Shown: positions 31,332-44,309 of the stretch, piece by piece
Layout: each line of letters opens with the position of its first letter
Numbering within the stretch: position 1 is the stretch's first letter
Assembly (NCBI GenBank): GCA_045837725.1
Contig: JBEWZL010000011.1
Span: 372,001 to 436,000 of the forward strand
DNA: 64,000 nt
Direction: 5' to 3'
From: Vermamoeba vermiformis
Lineage: Eukaryota
Notes under the pieces: generated by a model
Seen by the model: the letters and a program-made list of their open reading frames with translations, nothing else
Told to the model about the DNA's origin: nothing
The model's database searches: none
Translations under genes and position numbers: made by a program

Positions 31332-31779
31332 CTGAGCACAAAACATTTTAAAATGAAAACAATGCTGAACTCTCAACAACACAACATAAATTGCACGATT
31401 GTAATTGCAGTATTTGATGCTAAATTAACTCAAAGGCTGAACAGAAAGCAGATCTAGTAAAATTTTCATTTGACTTTGATTTTACCGCCCTCAGCACGTG
31501 TACCTCGCAGTTAATAGTGAGTATTTTTAGATAACTTCAACAGTATAATATGGTTGCAACCATTACGCATGTATTCATTGCTATCTTTATTAAATTAAAA
31601 AAATTCAATAGCAAATCAGATTTGACTCGCTATCAGTTTCTTTTCCTTTAAATGCTGCTGGATAATTAACAATATAGAAAGCATTTTTTTAAAAAATAAT
31701 CCAGTGCTAAATCCGTTTTTTTTGAACGCGATCAGATGCTGCTCGGAGCTCCACAAATTAGATATGACCTGGTCTGTAC

Positions 31780-32700
31780 TAGCACAACGAGCAAGTCACA
31801 AGTAACAAGCTCGTGCAAGCGCACGACAAGATCGTTTCAGCCACCAAACAAACGATACGTAAAAAACAAAAAGATCAGCAGCGCTTTTCGTTGGTCCCAA
31901 CTCCGTAATTTCAATTCATTGATGCCTTGTTTGGACGAATATCAAAAGTGTAAGTAAGTTAAGGTATTATCATCCACGACACGACCTAACGTACAATTAC
32001 TATTTTAAGGCTATTTCATGAAATGAAACTACTTTCAGACCGAATCTTCGTGCTCAATCTCCGTTAATTATGGCTCGTTTTTGAAAGTATATTCTCGGAG
32101 TTATAACCGCTCCCAAGCTACTTCGGTAAGACCATCCACAATAACGCATGTTTTATTGCCATTTTAAGGCGATTTCAATTTCGATTGGGACACGTGTCAA
32201 TTTCCCAACAGATTTTTTGACTTCGCTCAAATCTCCGCTCGAACATCAATTTCAAAGCTTTACTGACGATGCTATTTTAGGACAATACGTACTGCGGAGA
32301 TGAAGAAGAGCATTGATCAACGGATAACTGCGCTGTTTGTGCGATTGTGTCGGAGAATCAATCACCGAGACAATGATCAAGCTCCGCTGAAACAACGCGA
32401 GTCAATATAAACGCCAGTCATTCATGAACGAGTTCCGTTGGCCAGCAGTATCTTGTCGCGCGATGATGAATTTGACCATTTATGGTAAGTGGTCTCGTTC
32501 GCATAAATAAGTTCTCATTTCGATTCATTTTGATTTGTGATCACTTTGAGATGACTCTCGACACACTTTCTAGGGGGCTCTCAAGCGCGTTGTTTCAAAT
32601 TGATGTTTGATCGATCGCGCTGGCTCCGTTATTACGTCCCTAGAGAGTGTCTCCGGAGTCATTTCGAAGTCGTTACAACTGCACTAGGCATAATAATTTA
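31780..32700 (+). repeat. Dispersed spliced non-coding module, copy A
   Basis: High identity to 39060-39960(-), 43215-43830(-), 44999-45255(-) and 56606-57152(+). GT-AG introns conserved; indels between copies are not multiples of three. Confidence 0.85.
32535..32678 (+). ncRNA. Candidate intronic pre-miRNA-like hairpin, copy A
   Basis: Stem of about 42 bp (TTGTGATCACTTTGAGATGACTCTCGACACACTTTCTAGGGG pairing with TCCCTAGAGAGTGTCTCCGGAGTCATTTCGAAGTCGTTACAA) inside an intron starting GTAAGT at 32485. Confidence 0.6.
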
Positions 32701-34620
32701 CAGTTCATTAGGTCTCACCAGGTACTCCTTTGTTATATCTGCAAAACATGTTGTTCAAAGTAAGTAATACGGAACGAAACAACGACGTTTAGTTATTAAT
32801 AATTTATTCAGACAAAAAGCTGCGATCGCTAGAAGCAACTAAGCTTTGATAATTTTTGAACATCCATATTCGCTGTAGTCCCTATGTAAGTTCGATTAGC
32901 CTCTCTAAAGTCATTCTTTTTTGGATGCGGATGCGATCTAATTTTGGCGTCAAGTCAAATTGATTCTAAATTATTATGTTAGGCTTGCGACAACTTTGCT
33001 GTCAAAATCCGTTACGACTGGATACGGCTTGTTACGGAAGAAGATTGGTAAGTTCAAATAATATTTTCATAAATTACTCGAAATTAGTTAGATTATTCGT
33101 CCGTCCAATTCTCTTTGTATTCGTTCAATTGTGTTAATAGTTATTTGTTATAGACTTCGCGATTCAATTTTGCATGAATTCCTTTGACACAACACAGCCC
33201 TAACATAATTAGTTTCGTAAGTACTTAACGCGCAGTACCACTCAAGTTCAAATTCTAATCAATTGCGTAGGATTAATTCGTTCATGTCTCGCACATAAGT
33301 CTGATCGTAGGACTTGTCTGTATGTTCTGTGAACGTTCCGTTGATACAAGGTGGCAGCGGATCGCGCCGCGCTTCGTCAAGCCGTCTGCACCAAATTGCT
33401 GCCTTGAAGCGAAAATGCACCAAGTACTACACGCATCTACAGTACCAAGGCAGAGAGACAAGTTACTCAATCATCAAGGTCGAAAAGCTGCCTGAATGTA
33501 CCCTGCTGCTCTTAACAGTTCGGTACGTACGATAAACCCCGTTAAAACAGTTGTTTAATTCATTATAATTATTCTAATAATAATATTCTTTAGAGGTTTC
33601 AAATCAAGACTTGCATTTCGGCAGCAGGACAAAACTACAACATAAAATGATCAACACGACTTCCTGGACCGTGCACGCACCAACGCCTCTTCACCCTAGA
33701 ATTCTCCAGCCACAATGATGCCCAGGTTCATAGTCTATGCTGTTCACCACGTATTCAGGACGAAGCGACAAAACGAAGAGGAGAGTAGTACTGTTCCAAA
33801 CAAGGTAATTAAGTTTATTATCGCAACAGATAAAATATTTATTATTTTTATCAGGCATTCGCACATCAACTGCAATAAGCCATGGCCATCCACTGAAACA
33901 AATATTGCGATGTATACTCTTTGTAGCTATGTAAGTATTATCCGTATTATTCGTACAAAGTACTAGCGCTAACCAATCGACAGACCAAGTTCAGCAGAAT
34001 AGCTTCAAGCCTTCAGAGTGGAGCTGCAGCAAGGAACTGACGCGAGGCAATTGGACAAGTAATACACACTTCAATTGTATGAAATTTCACAACAATTTGA
34101 AGGTAAGGTGTGACAACTACACACGACACGAGTGTAACTAACTCACGAGTTCATTTAGTCGCGACGTTCTTGAGACGTAGCAGCTCAGTATTGTACGGAT
34201 AAAGAGATACGGTACGTTAACCTTAACCAAAGTCTTAACTAATCATCATTAATGATTACTGAAGAACGTAAGATATTCTACCTAATTTTTGCGGAGAACT
34301 AATCGTTTTTTGTGAGGCAGCTCAAGACTCAAACAAAGCAACATTTACACACGATGAATTATATGCTGTTTAACGCGATGCTTATATTTGTAAGGATTAC
34401 GAACGCATCCGACAAAACTTTACGATCCAGAGTGCCTAACGCTCTTCTTTGCGTCAATAGAATAAATTTAGTAGAATTATTCTCTTAACAGAGCTTAGGT
34501 GTATCAGCAATAGCTTTTTCAATAATGCTTCGTAGTAACCTTGATATCAGAGACTTTGTTATTTAGAATAAGATGCGATACAATATTTAGCACGAGTAAT
34601 TATATTGCCTATTTGTAGCA

Positions 34621-34840
34621 TTAAATCAAAGGTTCGGCATCCGCAGAATTGGCGGTGATGCGCTGGAACATAGTTCCGTACGAGCACCAGTTCGTAGCGA
34701 TCTTAGAGTTCAATGAGCATTGGTTGCAACTAGCAGTGTTACACGAGTGCCAATACACTGTGTTCGCATCGCACGTTTGGTACGAAAAGTTGAGATCATC
34801 GGTGCAGTAGTTTTGCTTCGTGTAGATCGCATATTGGGGA
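34621..34840 (-). other. Duplicated terminal exon of the Cys-rich family (alternative last exon or relic)
   Basis: Acceptor TTTTAG, then PQYAIYTKQNYCTDD...CDANTVYWHSCNTASCNQC...EPLI*; homologous to exon 35320-35525. Confidence 0.65.
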
Positions 34841-35319
34841 CTAAAATGTGCAAGTAGATATGAGAATAATTCATTAAGTATAATCTGCAATGGAACAATT
34901 AAATTGACACCAATAAGTAATTTAGAAAAATAAATCCGGATTCGATCGCGGGAACTCATGCTTAAGAGTTACTATTTTGTATATCAAGATCGAATTTATC
35001 TAATACAAGAGACTTTGTTATAAGAATAATATTTAAAAATACGATACAAACGAAAATTAAGCCGAGTATTTTCTAGCCTACTGTAACGATCTCGCTAAGA
35101 TCGTTAATATCAATAATATCAATAATAAAATTAAATAACGCTATCCAAACTAATGGAGATCAATTCCCATCGTGTTTTGTGGAATTTTCCTTATAAGGAA
35201 AATTCCACGCGATAAATATAAACTTGTACCACGCTAATAAACGAAGTTCTCCCACGTCCAGTACAACACAACTCTTTATATATTGTTACGCCTTTTATTT
35301 GTTAGTAGCATCGTTACAC

Positions 35320-36946
35320 CTACTGTAGCATGACGTCAAAGGGTTGGATGCATTGATAGAGTTGACCCAAAATGCATAGGTTGGTTAATACCTTAGAACT
35401 CAATGTGCAATAGTTGCAAGAAGCGCTGTCGCACGAGTAATTGTACACCGTGTCTGCGTCGCACTTTTGAGATGAAAAGTTGCTGTTGCAGTACTTAGAC
35501 TTCTTGTAGATCGAATACTGGGGACTAAAATGCATATTAGATACTCGGATAAGATATAATTTACATCGGGCAATTAAATTGACCTAAAGAAATAATTAAG
35601 AAGTAAATCCGGATTCAGATCCCGGACTTTTCAGCGCAAAATTATAGGAACTGTTACATTAACGTACGTTTTGCAATCGTATTCGTTGTAATGAATTTGT
35701 TCGATCCAAGTTTCTCCATTAGGCAAGTTTAGATTCTCGTCGCACGTAGTCATAACAAACGAGCCTCCAGTCCAAGATCCGATTGTTTGGCAGCCAGGTG
35801 TGCAAGAAGTTGTATAATTCACAGTAGCCATGTAGACCGAGGACGAGGAGCATTTGGTGCCTGAACCAAAGTACTGAACGGTCACGTGGCGGTTAGATCC
35901 GGATTGAGGAGCTCTAACAGGAACAGCCACAGGAGATGCAATATTAGGGCAGTAAATGGTGCCGTTGAAGTAGGTAACAGGAGGCATACCAGGTTCTCCA
36001 CCAGACAAGCTTGTCCATTCGACCTTCGTCGGATCGGCAGCTAAAAAAAACAAAATTAGCGACAAATAATTGCAACCAAACGGATTTAAATACATGATGT
36101 ACTGCACGTTAAAGTAATAACCGATTGTCTGGGACCTGGTGGATTGCACGAGCCACAGACGTCTCCACCCGAGTACGTGATCTGAACACCTGAGCCTCCG
36201 TCTGCAGAAAAAATTGGTTACAAACAAATTATATCAAATTTCATAAATCATTGCAGGTAAGAGCAAATTTACACGCCTTCTACTGCCGGCGAATTGAAAA
36301 AGAAGTGTTTGCACGTGTTCGTGCCAACAATTTTGGAAATTTCTACGGCGAGCGCCAAAAAATTGGGAATCGATAGTCGACGAGGTCTTAAAGGGCTAAA
36401 GTACTACGATATATATTGCTATATTACTTAATCCGACTACTGAGATCTGCGCATATTGACCCAAGCACTTCGCATTTGAACCCCAAGTTTGGCAAACGCC
36501 TACGATCGAATTATAGTTAGTTATAACTATAGTCATTGATGAATTAGTTATTAAGGTGTTAATTTATAATGCGTAGCTATAGTATAAGTAACTCTCTTAT
36601 TACCTGAACTATAAGGGGAAGCGCAGGAACCGGCACATCCGGTTGGAAGTGGACTGCAGACGCTAATATTGTAGACATATTGTTGACCGTTTTGATTGGC
36701 ATAGTAGTATTGTACCCTTAATGATAGTGGTTGGATCGTTCTTGGTGTTTAGATCCGGCGAAACGATCGAAACGCCTTAACTTTTTCAATTTAGTTAACG
36801 TGAACTTACTTTGATGCAATTGCCGACAAATCATATTGGGTACCATCAGGAGCGTACGCCATGGGACAAGTATTTTTTTGGCAGATCGCGAGTTGGATCA
36901 GGAAACCAGCCAAAACAGCGACCGATATAAAGCGTAATTGAACCAT
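35320..36946 (-). CDS. Secreted protein: signal peptide, MRH (mannose-6-phosphate receptor homology) domain, Cys-rich C-terminal module
   Basis: MVQLRFISVAVLAGFLIQLAIC; APDGTQYDLS; YVYNISVC; GVCQ; KCLG; GVQITYSGGDVC; RQSVITLTC; then HVTVQYFGSGTKC...CTPGC... and a Cys-rich last exon. Confidence 0.75.
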
Positions 36947-39059
36947 GATGTCAAAGATAATATAAATTATGCTACGCTACGTTCAAATGTTGAAACGAGA
37001 AACAACAAAAGATGTCTTAATTTTTTTGTAGCAGCGGCACGTGATTCCGAATCTATTCTGCATTTTCGTTTTTTTAAGGATTGACGAACGTACCAAGCCA
37101 ATCTGTTTATTACTGATGAATGATACATCGGACGATGGAGAATGAGTTAGTAAAACCGTTTATTGTCTCGTTCGACGGAGACAGATCTTTTTGTTGTAGC
37201 TGAATCGATGCGCTTATTTAATCCTCAAATTAACTCGTGTTAAATAACACAGCAAATAGAGGAAGTTTCTATGTACTTGTTCATAATGTCGGAAATCTCT
37301 CCTGGTCGGTCTCTGCAGATCGAGTTGCTAACGTTTCGAAGCGTGTCAATTTAGTGTTTTTACGACGCAGATTTGCAAATACGAGTTTATCTAATTCTAA
37401 GATACAATACAATAAAAATTTACGAATATACAAGCTCTTTCTGGCGCTCGGCGGCTTTAATTTCTTTGATGCCGATCAGCAAGCTCTTTCTTCACCTCTG
37501 CTCGAGTTTTTGTTCGCAGACAAGGCAAATTTGCAATACAATACAAATATACAAAATAATTGAGGTAAGACTTAGCTCACCACCGGTGTTTGGGTATTTT
37601 ATTATACGCTTCGATCGCTTGCTTTATCTCAGCAAGCTCTTACGGCGCTCAGCTCGATCTTTAGCCATTGCCGTTAATTTCTTCGACGATCGTTTTTAAG
37701 TAGTACGATCGGCTTATTTCCTTAATAAAACCGTGGTCAGTAGAGAATTTTAGCGCAGCAGATTTTAGACTTACTTAAGTCTCTCGCTGAGGTTCTTGCT
37801 TAATACAGAGAGTAGGTTGATTCAAAAGCGGCGTTTAAGTTGAAGATCTTGGAAGACCGTTTGTTTTCGGTCTTCGTTATTTTAACCGACGGTTGTTCTT
37901 TGAGCAGGTCAGCGTGGTCTCGTGGAATACTAAAAAAGGAAAGGCATGGTCAGTGTTGCTCGATAAACTAACTAGTTACGAAAGAAAATTATAGAGCTGT
38001 CTGCGAAGATAATATTTTGCGCTGAACGAACAAAAAAGCAATAAATAACGCTTACTCGAAAACTTTCCACAAGCTCCAGTGGACCAGTCCGTCAAAATGA
38101 GCCCGCCAGCGAGCCCGGGAATCTGCGAGCGTAGTAGCACTTCTTGTTGTTGTTGTTTTGTTGCTGTTGCCGATCCATGGACAAGGATGAGGCCTGCTGT
38201 CTTCCATAGCGTTGATCTTAAGGCTCTTGGGAGGTTCGGCCTAAAAAAACGACTTTGTCAGTGGAGGCTTGGTAAACTAACTATCAAAATTTTGAGCCCG
38301 CGCGCGAACAAAAAATTGTTTGTAGTTACATAAATAAGAATTGCAAAGCACATCAATAACGCTTACACGAATCGTTCCCATAGTTTGGCGTTGGCAAACC
38401 AGCAAATTGAGCCCGCCAGCGAGCCACGCGAACAGTTGGGCCAATTCTCCAGCTGAAAGTAATTTGTCAGAGAGTTTTGGACATAATAACTTCAAGCTTA
38501 CCTCGTCAGTCGGAACTACTTCTTGTTATTCTTTGCCATTCATCGGAGTTGTTGAGGATGGGTTTCTCATCGCTCGAGGAATTATCGGCTGAGGCTCTCT
38601 TATCATCGCGCACAACTGGATCTTCAGTGCGCCAATTGCTCTGCTCCTCGACGCTGGCTCTCTAGGACGATTTCATTAGTTATTCGTTCATGAACGAAAA
38701 AAAACATTGGATCGGACTTACAAATTTCTGGCAGCTGACATTAATTTGTTGTGTTGTCAAGTATTTTACGTGCTTCGACCTAATAATATCAAAATTAGCC
38801 GGATATCAAGAAAATTAAATCGCTAAGATTTCGTTAACTTACCAGAATCAGATCCGCCGAACAATTCAGGCAGTAGCAGGCATGTTTCTACGAAATCGAA
38901 TGTTATTAGGTTCGATATCAACAGCAACTAACAGCTTATACGTACTAGATCCAGTTCGTTATGAAGACTAACAATTTTTCCATATTCTGTTGCATTCTGG
39001 ACAGATCTAAACCAAGACATTGAAATGAGAAATAACCAAACGTAAATGCCGTGTAATGT

Positions 39060-39960
39060 TGGTAAGTAGTTGTAACGACTTCGAAATGACTCCGGAGACA
39101 CTCTCTAGGGACGTAATAACAGAGCCAGCACGATCGATCAAACATCAATTTGAAACAACGCGCTTGAGAGCCCCCTAGAAAGTGTGTCGAGAGTCATCTC
39201 AAAGTGATCACAAATCAAAATCAATCGAAATGAGCACTTATTTATGCTGCGAACGAGTCCACTTACCATAAATGGTCAAATTCAACATCGCGCGACGAGA
39301 TTTTGCTGGCCACGGAACTCCTTCATGAATGAAAAGTTGATTTACGCATGAACCAATTCACTGCGGAGTTGAAGATCGTGGTCTAGCTGAAGATCTGGGA
39401 GCCAACGATGAAAACTGCGTTGTCTTCCGTTAATCGATTCAAATATTATTCTCGCAAGTACGAATTGTCCTAAGATAGAATCGGTTAAAATCTTTCAGAT
39501 TGGCGGAGATTTGAGCGAAGTCAAAAAAATCTGTTGGGAAATTGACACGTGTCCCAAAGCGAAATTGAAATCGCCTTAAAATGGCAATAAAACATGCGTT
39601 ATTGTGGATAATCTTACCGAAGTAGCTTGGGAGCGGTTATAACTCCGAGAATATCTTGAAGAAACGAGCCATAATTAACGGAGATTGAGCACGAAGATTC
39701 GGTCTTAAAGTAGTTTTCACGAAACGGCCTTAAAATAGTAATTGTACGTTAGGTCGTGTCGTGGATAATAATACCTTAACTTACTTACACTTTTGATATT
39801 CTGCCAAACAAGGCATCAATGACTTGAAATTACGGAGTTGCGACCAACGAAAAGCGCTGCTGATCTTTTGTTTTTACGTTCGCTTGTTTGATGGCTGAAG
39901 CGAGCTTGTCGTGCGCTTGAGCGAGCTTGTGACTTGTTCGTTGTGCTAGGACAGACTAGG
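39060..39960 (-). repeat. Dispersed spliced non-coding module, copy B
   Basis: Reverse-complement match to 31780-32700. Confidence 0.85.
39070..39213 (-). ncRNA. Candidate intronic pre-miRNA-like hairpin, copy B
   Basis: Arms identical to copy A; two substitutions, both in the apical region. Confidence 0.6.
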
Positions 39961-40657
39961 TCAAGAAATGCGCGCTTAGAAGAATACTAGTCCTGCCAAA
40001 TCCGCAGTTTTTCTAGAAAGATTTTTTTTAAGGATTAGTAATCAATTTGCTTCATATATTTTAATAATCAAATCAAAGTATTCCCATTGTTATTGAACGA
40101 GCAGAGTTAGATCGAACTTCCGTAATAAATTAAATATTAAAATCCTTTCAAATCGATATTACCACGTATGATATAATATATATTATATGTATTATGTATT
40201 ACATGTATTATAAATTAATCACTAATTAAATGAGCGCTGTCGACAGCGTTCGACTTACAAAATCTCAATCCAATGCTAGATCATCGCACATGTGCGTTTT
40301 AAATTGACTAGTCCTTTTTTCAACGCCAATTTACCTTGGACTTGAAGTGAGACATTTGTGTTTACGGCGATAACATCTTTAAATGATAATCGGTGGTCTG
40401 AAAAAGGGCGATCAGTCGCTCTCCCAAACATACATAAGCATTTTGACTGAACCAATTAACGTCATTGATATTTTGATATTAAAGCGGTCTGGCTTCGCTC
40501 GCGATCAGTTTTAAAATAGTAAAACAAATTCCCGATTCCGCTCCGCTCGACCAGGATCGCTTTTGGTCCGAAAGTGCTTTTCACTTCGACGAATGCACTC
40601 AACGCAATAATACCTTCAAAATTAATTATACGCATTAGTTTATACTGCAAGGCTTTC

Positions 40658-42350
40658 ATGTCAACAAAGGATGGGGTAAAAAATTTTGATCAGATTATCG
40701 TTCACGAGCATTGTTTTGCAACTAATTAATTAAATCACCTAAAAATATGATTAACATCATCAGATATTAATAAATTTTTAGGCGCAAATTGTAGCTGATG
40801 GGAAGGAGCTCAAAGTTGAAGAGCTGTACAAATCCAAGTTGCACTTTGCCGAGTGGAGAAAATGGACACTTGCATTGGCAAATGAAAAAGGGCATATGTT
40901 ATCGATAGAAAAGGCATTATACATATTAGAGACGTATCCTAACTCTGCAACGGCGATCCGTTTTTATGGTGATTTTAATTGGCAGTTGCATCCAACGCAG
41001 CTCAAAAGACTCAAAAAAATAATAATTAATTCGAAGAAAATTGAAAAAGTGTGGTTTGATGCGCCAATAACAGCGATGCAGACGGTTCGCAAAGCACTCG
41101 AGAAAAACACCAGCGTAACAACTCTTAGTTTCTCATTCACGTTTCCGACAATAGAGCCGTTAAACTTCACTAAAGAAATTACGAAAATGATTAAAAATAA
41201 TCCGAGAATCAAACGGATCACAGCAGCGTACGAGCAAAAGTCAGAAAAATTCTTGACCACAATAATGGCAGCAGCGAGCTGTAATCCATCTATAGATTCA
41301 TTTGGCATTTCTGAGAAGACTAGTCTATTTGAAGGCATTTATTTAGGAAATAGATTGGATCTGATCCGAGATTCGTTGGCGAAAAATCCGAATATTACCG
41401 AATTCATTCTTGGAAAGTGCTATGTATTTGAAGAGACATTACTTGGAGAAATTACGGATATTATTAAGCAAAACAAGCTCAAAATATTTGGTTTTAATGG
41501 CACGCTTCGAACACATTATCCAAACGTTGTGGATCTGACCAAGTTTATTTCAACGATTCGACTATCGTCATTAACAACTCTGAACCTAGTATGTGATCAT
41601 TTCCAAGCTGATTTTATTGCAGATATCATTTCTATTCCTAATATCAAGACTTTATCGATGAACATGGTTGGAGAAGCGAATCTAGTCGCAAAAGCATTAG
41701 CGAAAAATACAACGTTAGAAACGCTTAATTTGGCATGTAAAGACGTCCATTGGGTAGACCGCGAATCTAATCGCGAATTTTTTGGAGCTTGGAACCAACA
41801 TCCGACGTTAAAGTCGTTTTCTCTTACAAGAACGATTTTGGATGTGGATCTTGAAACAATTTCAAATTTGCTCGGTGGAAAGCATTCATTAACTAGTTTA
41901 GATTTACCACAATTAGAAATAGGATCCCATTTCGAAAAACGAAAGCATGCTGCGCTTATCTGCGAGAAACTACGATCGAACCAAAAAATCAAAAAACTTC
42001 GGATCTCCCTGGAAGGCGACAAAAAACATCAAAATGCATTATTTCAAGTCGTATCACAACATAGCTCATTGACTTCATTCGATATTGGGTTTAGCAAAGA
42101 TTTATTAAGAAAAACAGTTATCGATCTAGATTCGAAAAACTTATTCCGACTACCAAACAATGAAATCGGTGACATTTTGGCATTATTGGTAAGAAATAGA
42201 GAATACAGAATGAATATTATACTCGCTATCAAAATTATTCAAAAATCATTTTGGACCTCGTTGCCAGCGGAACTGTGGGTTAAAATAATTGATTATTTGA
42301 CGTACGGACTCTCAATCGATTATCCGAAGCTATTAAATATCGAGAAATAA
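40658..42350 (+). CDS. RNI-like leucine-rich-repeat protein with C-terminal F-box-like motif
   Basis: Exon 1 MSTKDG, intron 40676-40781, then one long exon with ALEKNTSVTTLSF, ALAKNTTLETLNL and HSSLTSFDI repeats; ends FWTSLPAELWVKIIDYL. Confidence 0.8.
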
Positions 42351-43214
42351 GTCATATGTAAAGCAGTTACGTTCGTACTCTTGACGATCCGAATAGTACA
42401 AAATTTTTATTATATCAGTAGCAGACAAATAAAAAGTGTATTTGGTATTCAGTTAGTTCAAAGTACTAAATAACTCAAGGCAGAAATACGTGAATTTATC
42501 ACTGGTGCGTTGCAGATAGTACGGCCGCAGGTGTTGCGATTGGCTCTTCAAAGAGAATTAGTTCGTGATTAACTTGCTTTTTAATAATATTGTTAAAAAT
42601 ATTGAGATTGCTTACTCGTCTGTCTTGATTGTGAGAGATCGAAGCCTGGAGCTCGTCCATTAACCCGCTGGCGCAAAGGGTTCGGCGATATTGGCGTAAA
42701 GAAGTTGAGTTCCGAGTAGAAGTCGCTGAAAAAGTCAATAAAAATTATCTCGATCAAAAACGATTCAAAGGATTATCTTACATTTTAGCGCTGCCATAAA
42801 ACCGAGAATGGATCTCGGCACGAAAGTTCGCAATGGCTTACAACGCACGTGACTACCAATATGGCACTGCATTTCGTATTAACATTCGTAGTATGGCAAT
42901 AGTGGAGGCTAAAATATTAAACGACTGTTAATTGATGAACGAACGCTTTCTTTAGCTAAAGACTGACCGTATTAAATTCTTTTTTGTTTCGATTTTGTCG
43001 CTATTATTGTTCATTTTGTTCCATTTGAAATGCAAGCAGATAAAAGAAGCAAAGGTTGAATTACATCCTATCAAAATAATTACCTTAAATAGATCGCGCA
43101 CGAGTAGGATCTATTAAATATAACTATATTTTAAACTTAACGTACCTGAGAATGTTTCTATTGGAGGTTGTAAAAGAAGTTTGCTGTAATGAATCGCGAC
43201 ACGAGCTGTGGTCG

Positions 43215-43830
43215 CAGTTGTAACGACTTCGAAATGACTCCGGAGACACTCTCTAGGGACGTAATAACAGAGCCAGCACGATCGATCAAAACATCAATTT
43301 GAACAACGCGCTTGAGAGCCCCCTAGAAAGTGTGTCGAGAGTCATCTCAAAGTGATCACAAATCAAAATCAATCGAAATGAGCACTTATTTATGCGAACG
43401 AGATCACTTACCATAAATGGGAAAATTCATCATCGCGCGACAAGATCCTGCTGGCCACGGAACTCGTTCATGAATGACTGGCTTGTAAATTGACTCGCGT
43501 AGTTTCGGCGGAGCTTGATTATTGTCTCGGTGATTGATTCTCCGACACAATCGCACAAACAGCGCAGTTATCCGTTGATCAATGCGCTTCGTAATCTCCG
43601 CAGTACGTAATGCCTTAAAATAGAATCGGTTAAAATCTTTCAGATTTGGCGGAGATTTGAGCGAAGTCAAAGTTCACGAAAACACTCTTGGGAAATTGAC
43701 ACGTGTCCCAACCGAAATTGAAATTGAATCGCCTTAAATAGTAACAATGCGTTGTCGTGGATGATCTTACCTTGCGCATGCTTTTGATATTCTTCCAAAT
43801 AAGGCGTCAAAGACTTGAAATTAACCATCT
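43215..43830 (-). repeat. Dispersed spliced non-coding module, copy C
   Basis: Reverse-complement match to the copy A module. Confidence 0.85.
43218..43361 (-). ncRNA. Candidate intronic pre-miRNA-like hairpin, copy C
   Basis: Arms identical to copy A; differences confined to the apical region. Confidence 0.6.
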
Positions 43831-44309
43831 CGTTTTGTTGCCGAGCTTGTTTTACCTTATTGTCCTTTCAACTCGCGTTCAGTATCAATTACTCGACTTC
43901 ATATCTATGTAATATATGTCAGGTCTAATAGAAATATCAACTCGAGGTCAAATAGCAATATTAGGTCAGAGTTAGCGGATTTAGGTTTGATCAAATCCAA
44001 AATAATTGTTAAATAATTCAAAAAAATCCAACAAGTTCGGTTTGAATAATATACATTGCAATTCAAGCTAAATTATTGTACGCAGGTGCAATTAAAAATA
44101 TTTTTACTTGTTTACCTTGATCAACTTGCTCTCGAGCTCAAATCTGGTTTGAAGCCAGCGTAGTAATTGATTCGAGCTTAAAATGACCCCCGGTAAACTT
44201 GATTTTAATAAAATCATGCGGGCGTTTTATGGTCGCGCTTTCGTTTGGTTTGCAGATCAAGGGAACAGCTTGTTTGAAGTTATCGACTACTTAATTATTT
44301 ACGAATTGG

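Noticed and set aside
32535-32680. Hairpin as a MITE or H/ACA snoRNA
   Set aside because: No target-site duplication was seen, the intron position and orientation are fixed, and the mismatches are G·U-biased, all against a MITE. The terminal ACA is paired within the stem and no two-hairpin H-box layout is evident. Not fully excluded.
32700-34300. Stop-codon reassignment as the explanation for ORF-less exon blocks
   Set aside because: Conserved genes in the window end in TAA, TAG and TGA and show no recurrent in-frame stops; the shared module also has frame-breaking indels.
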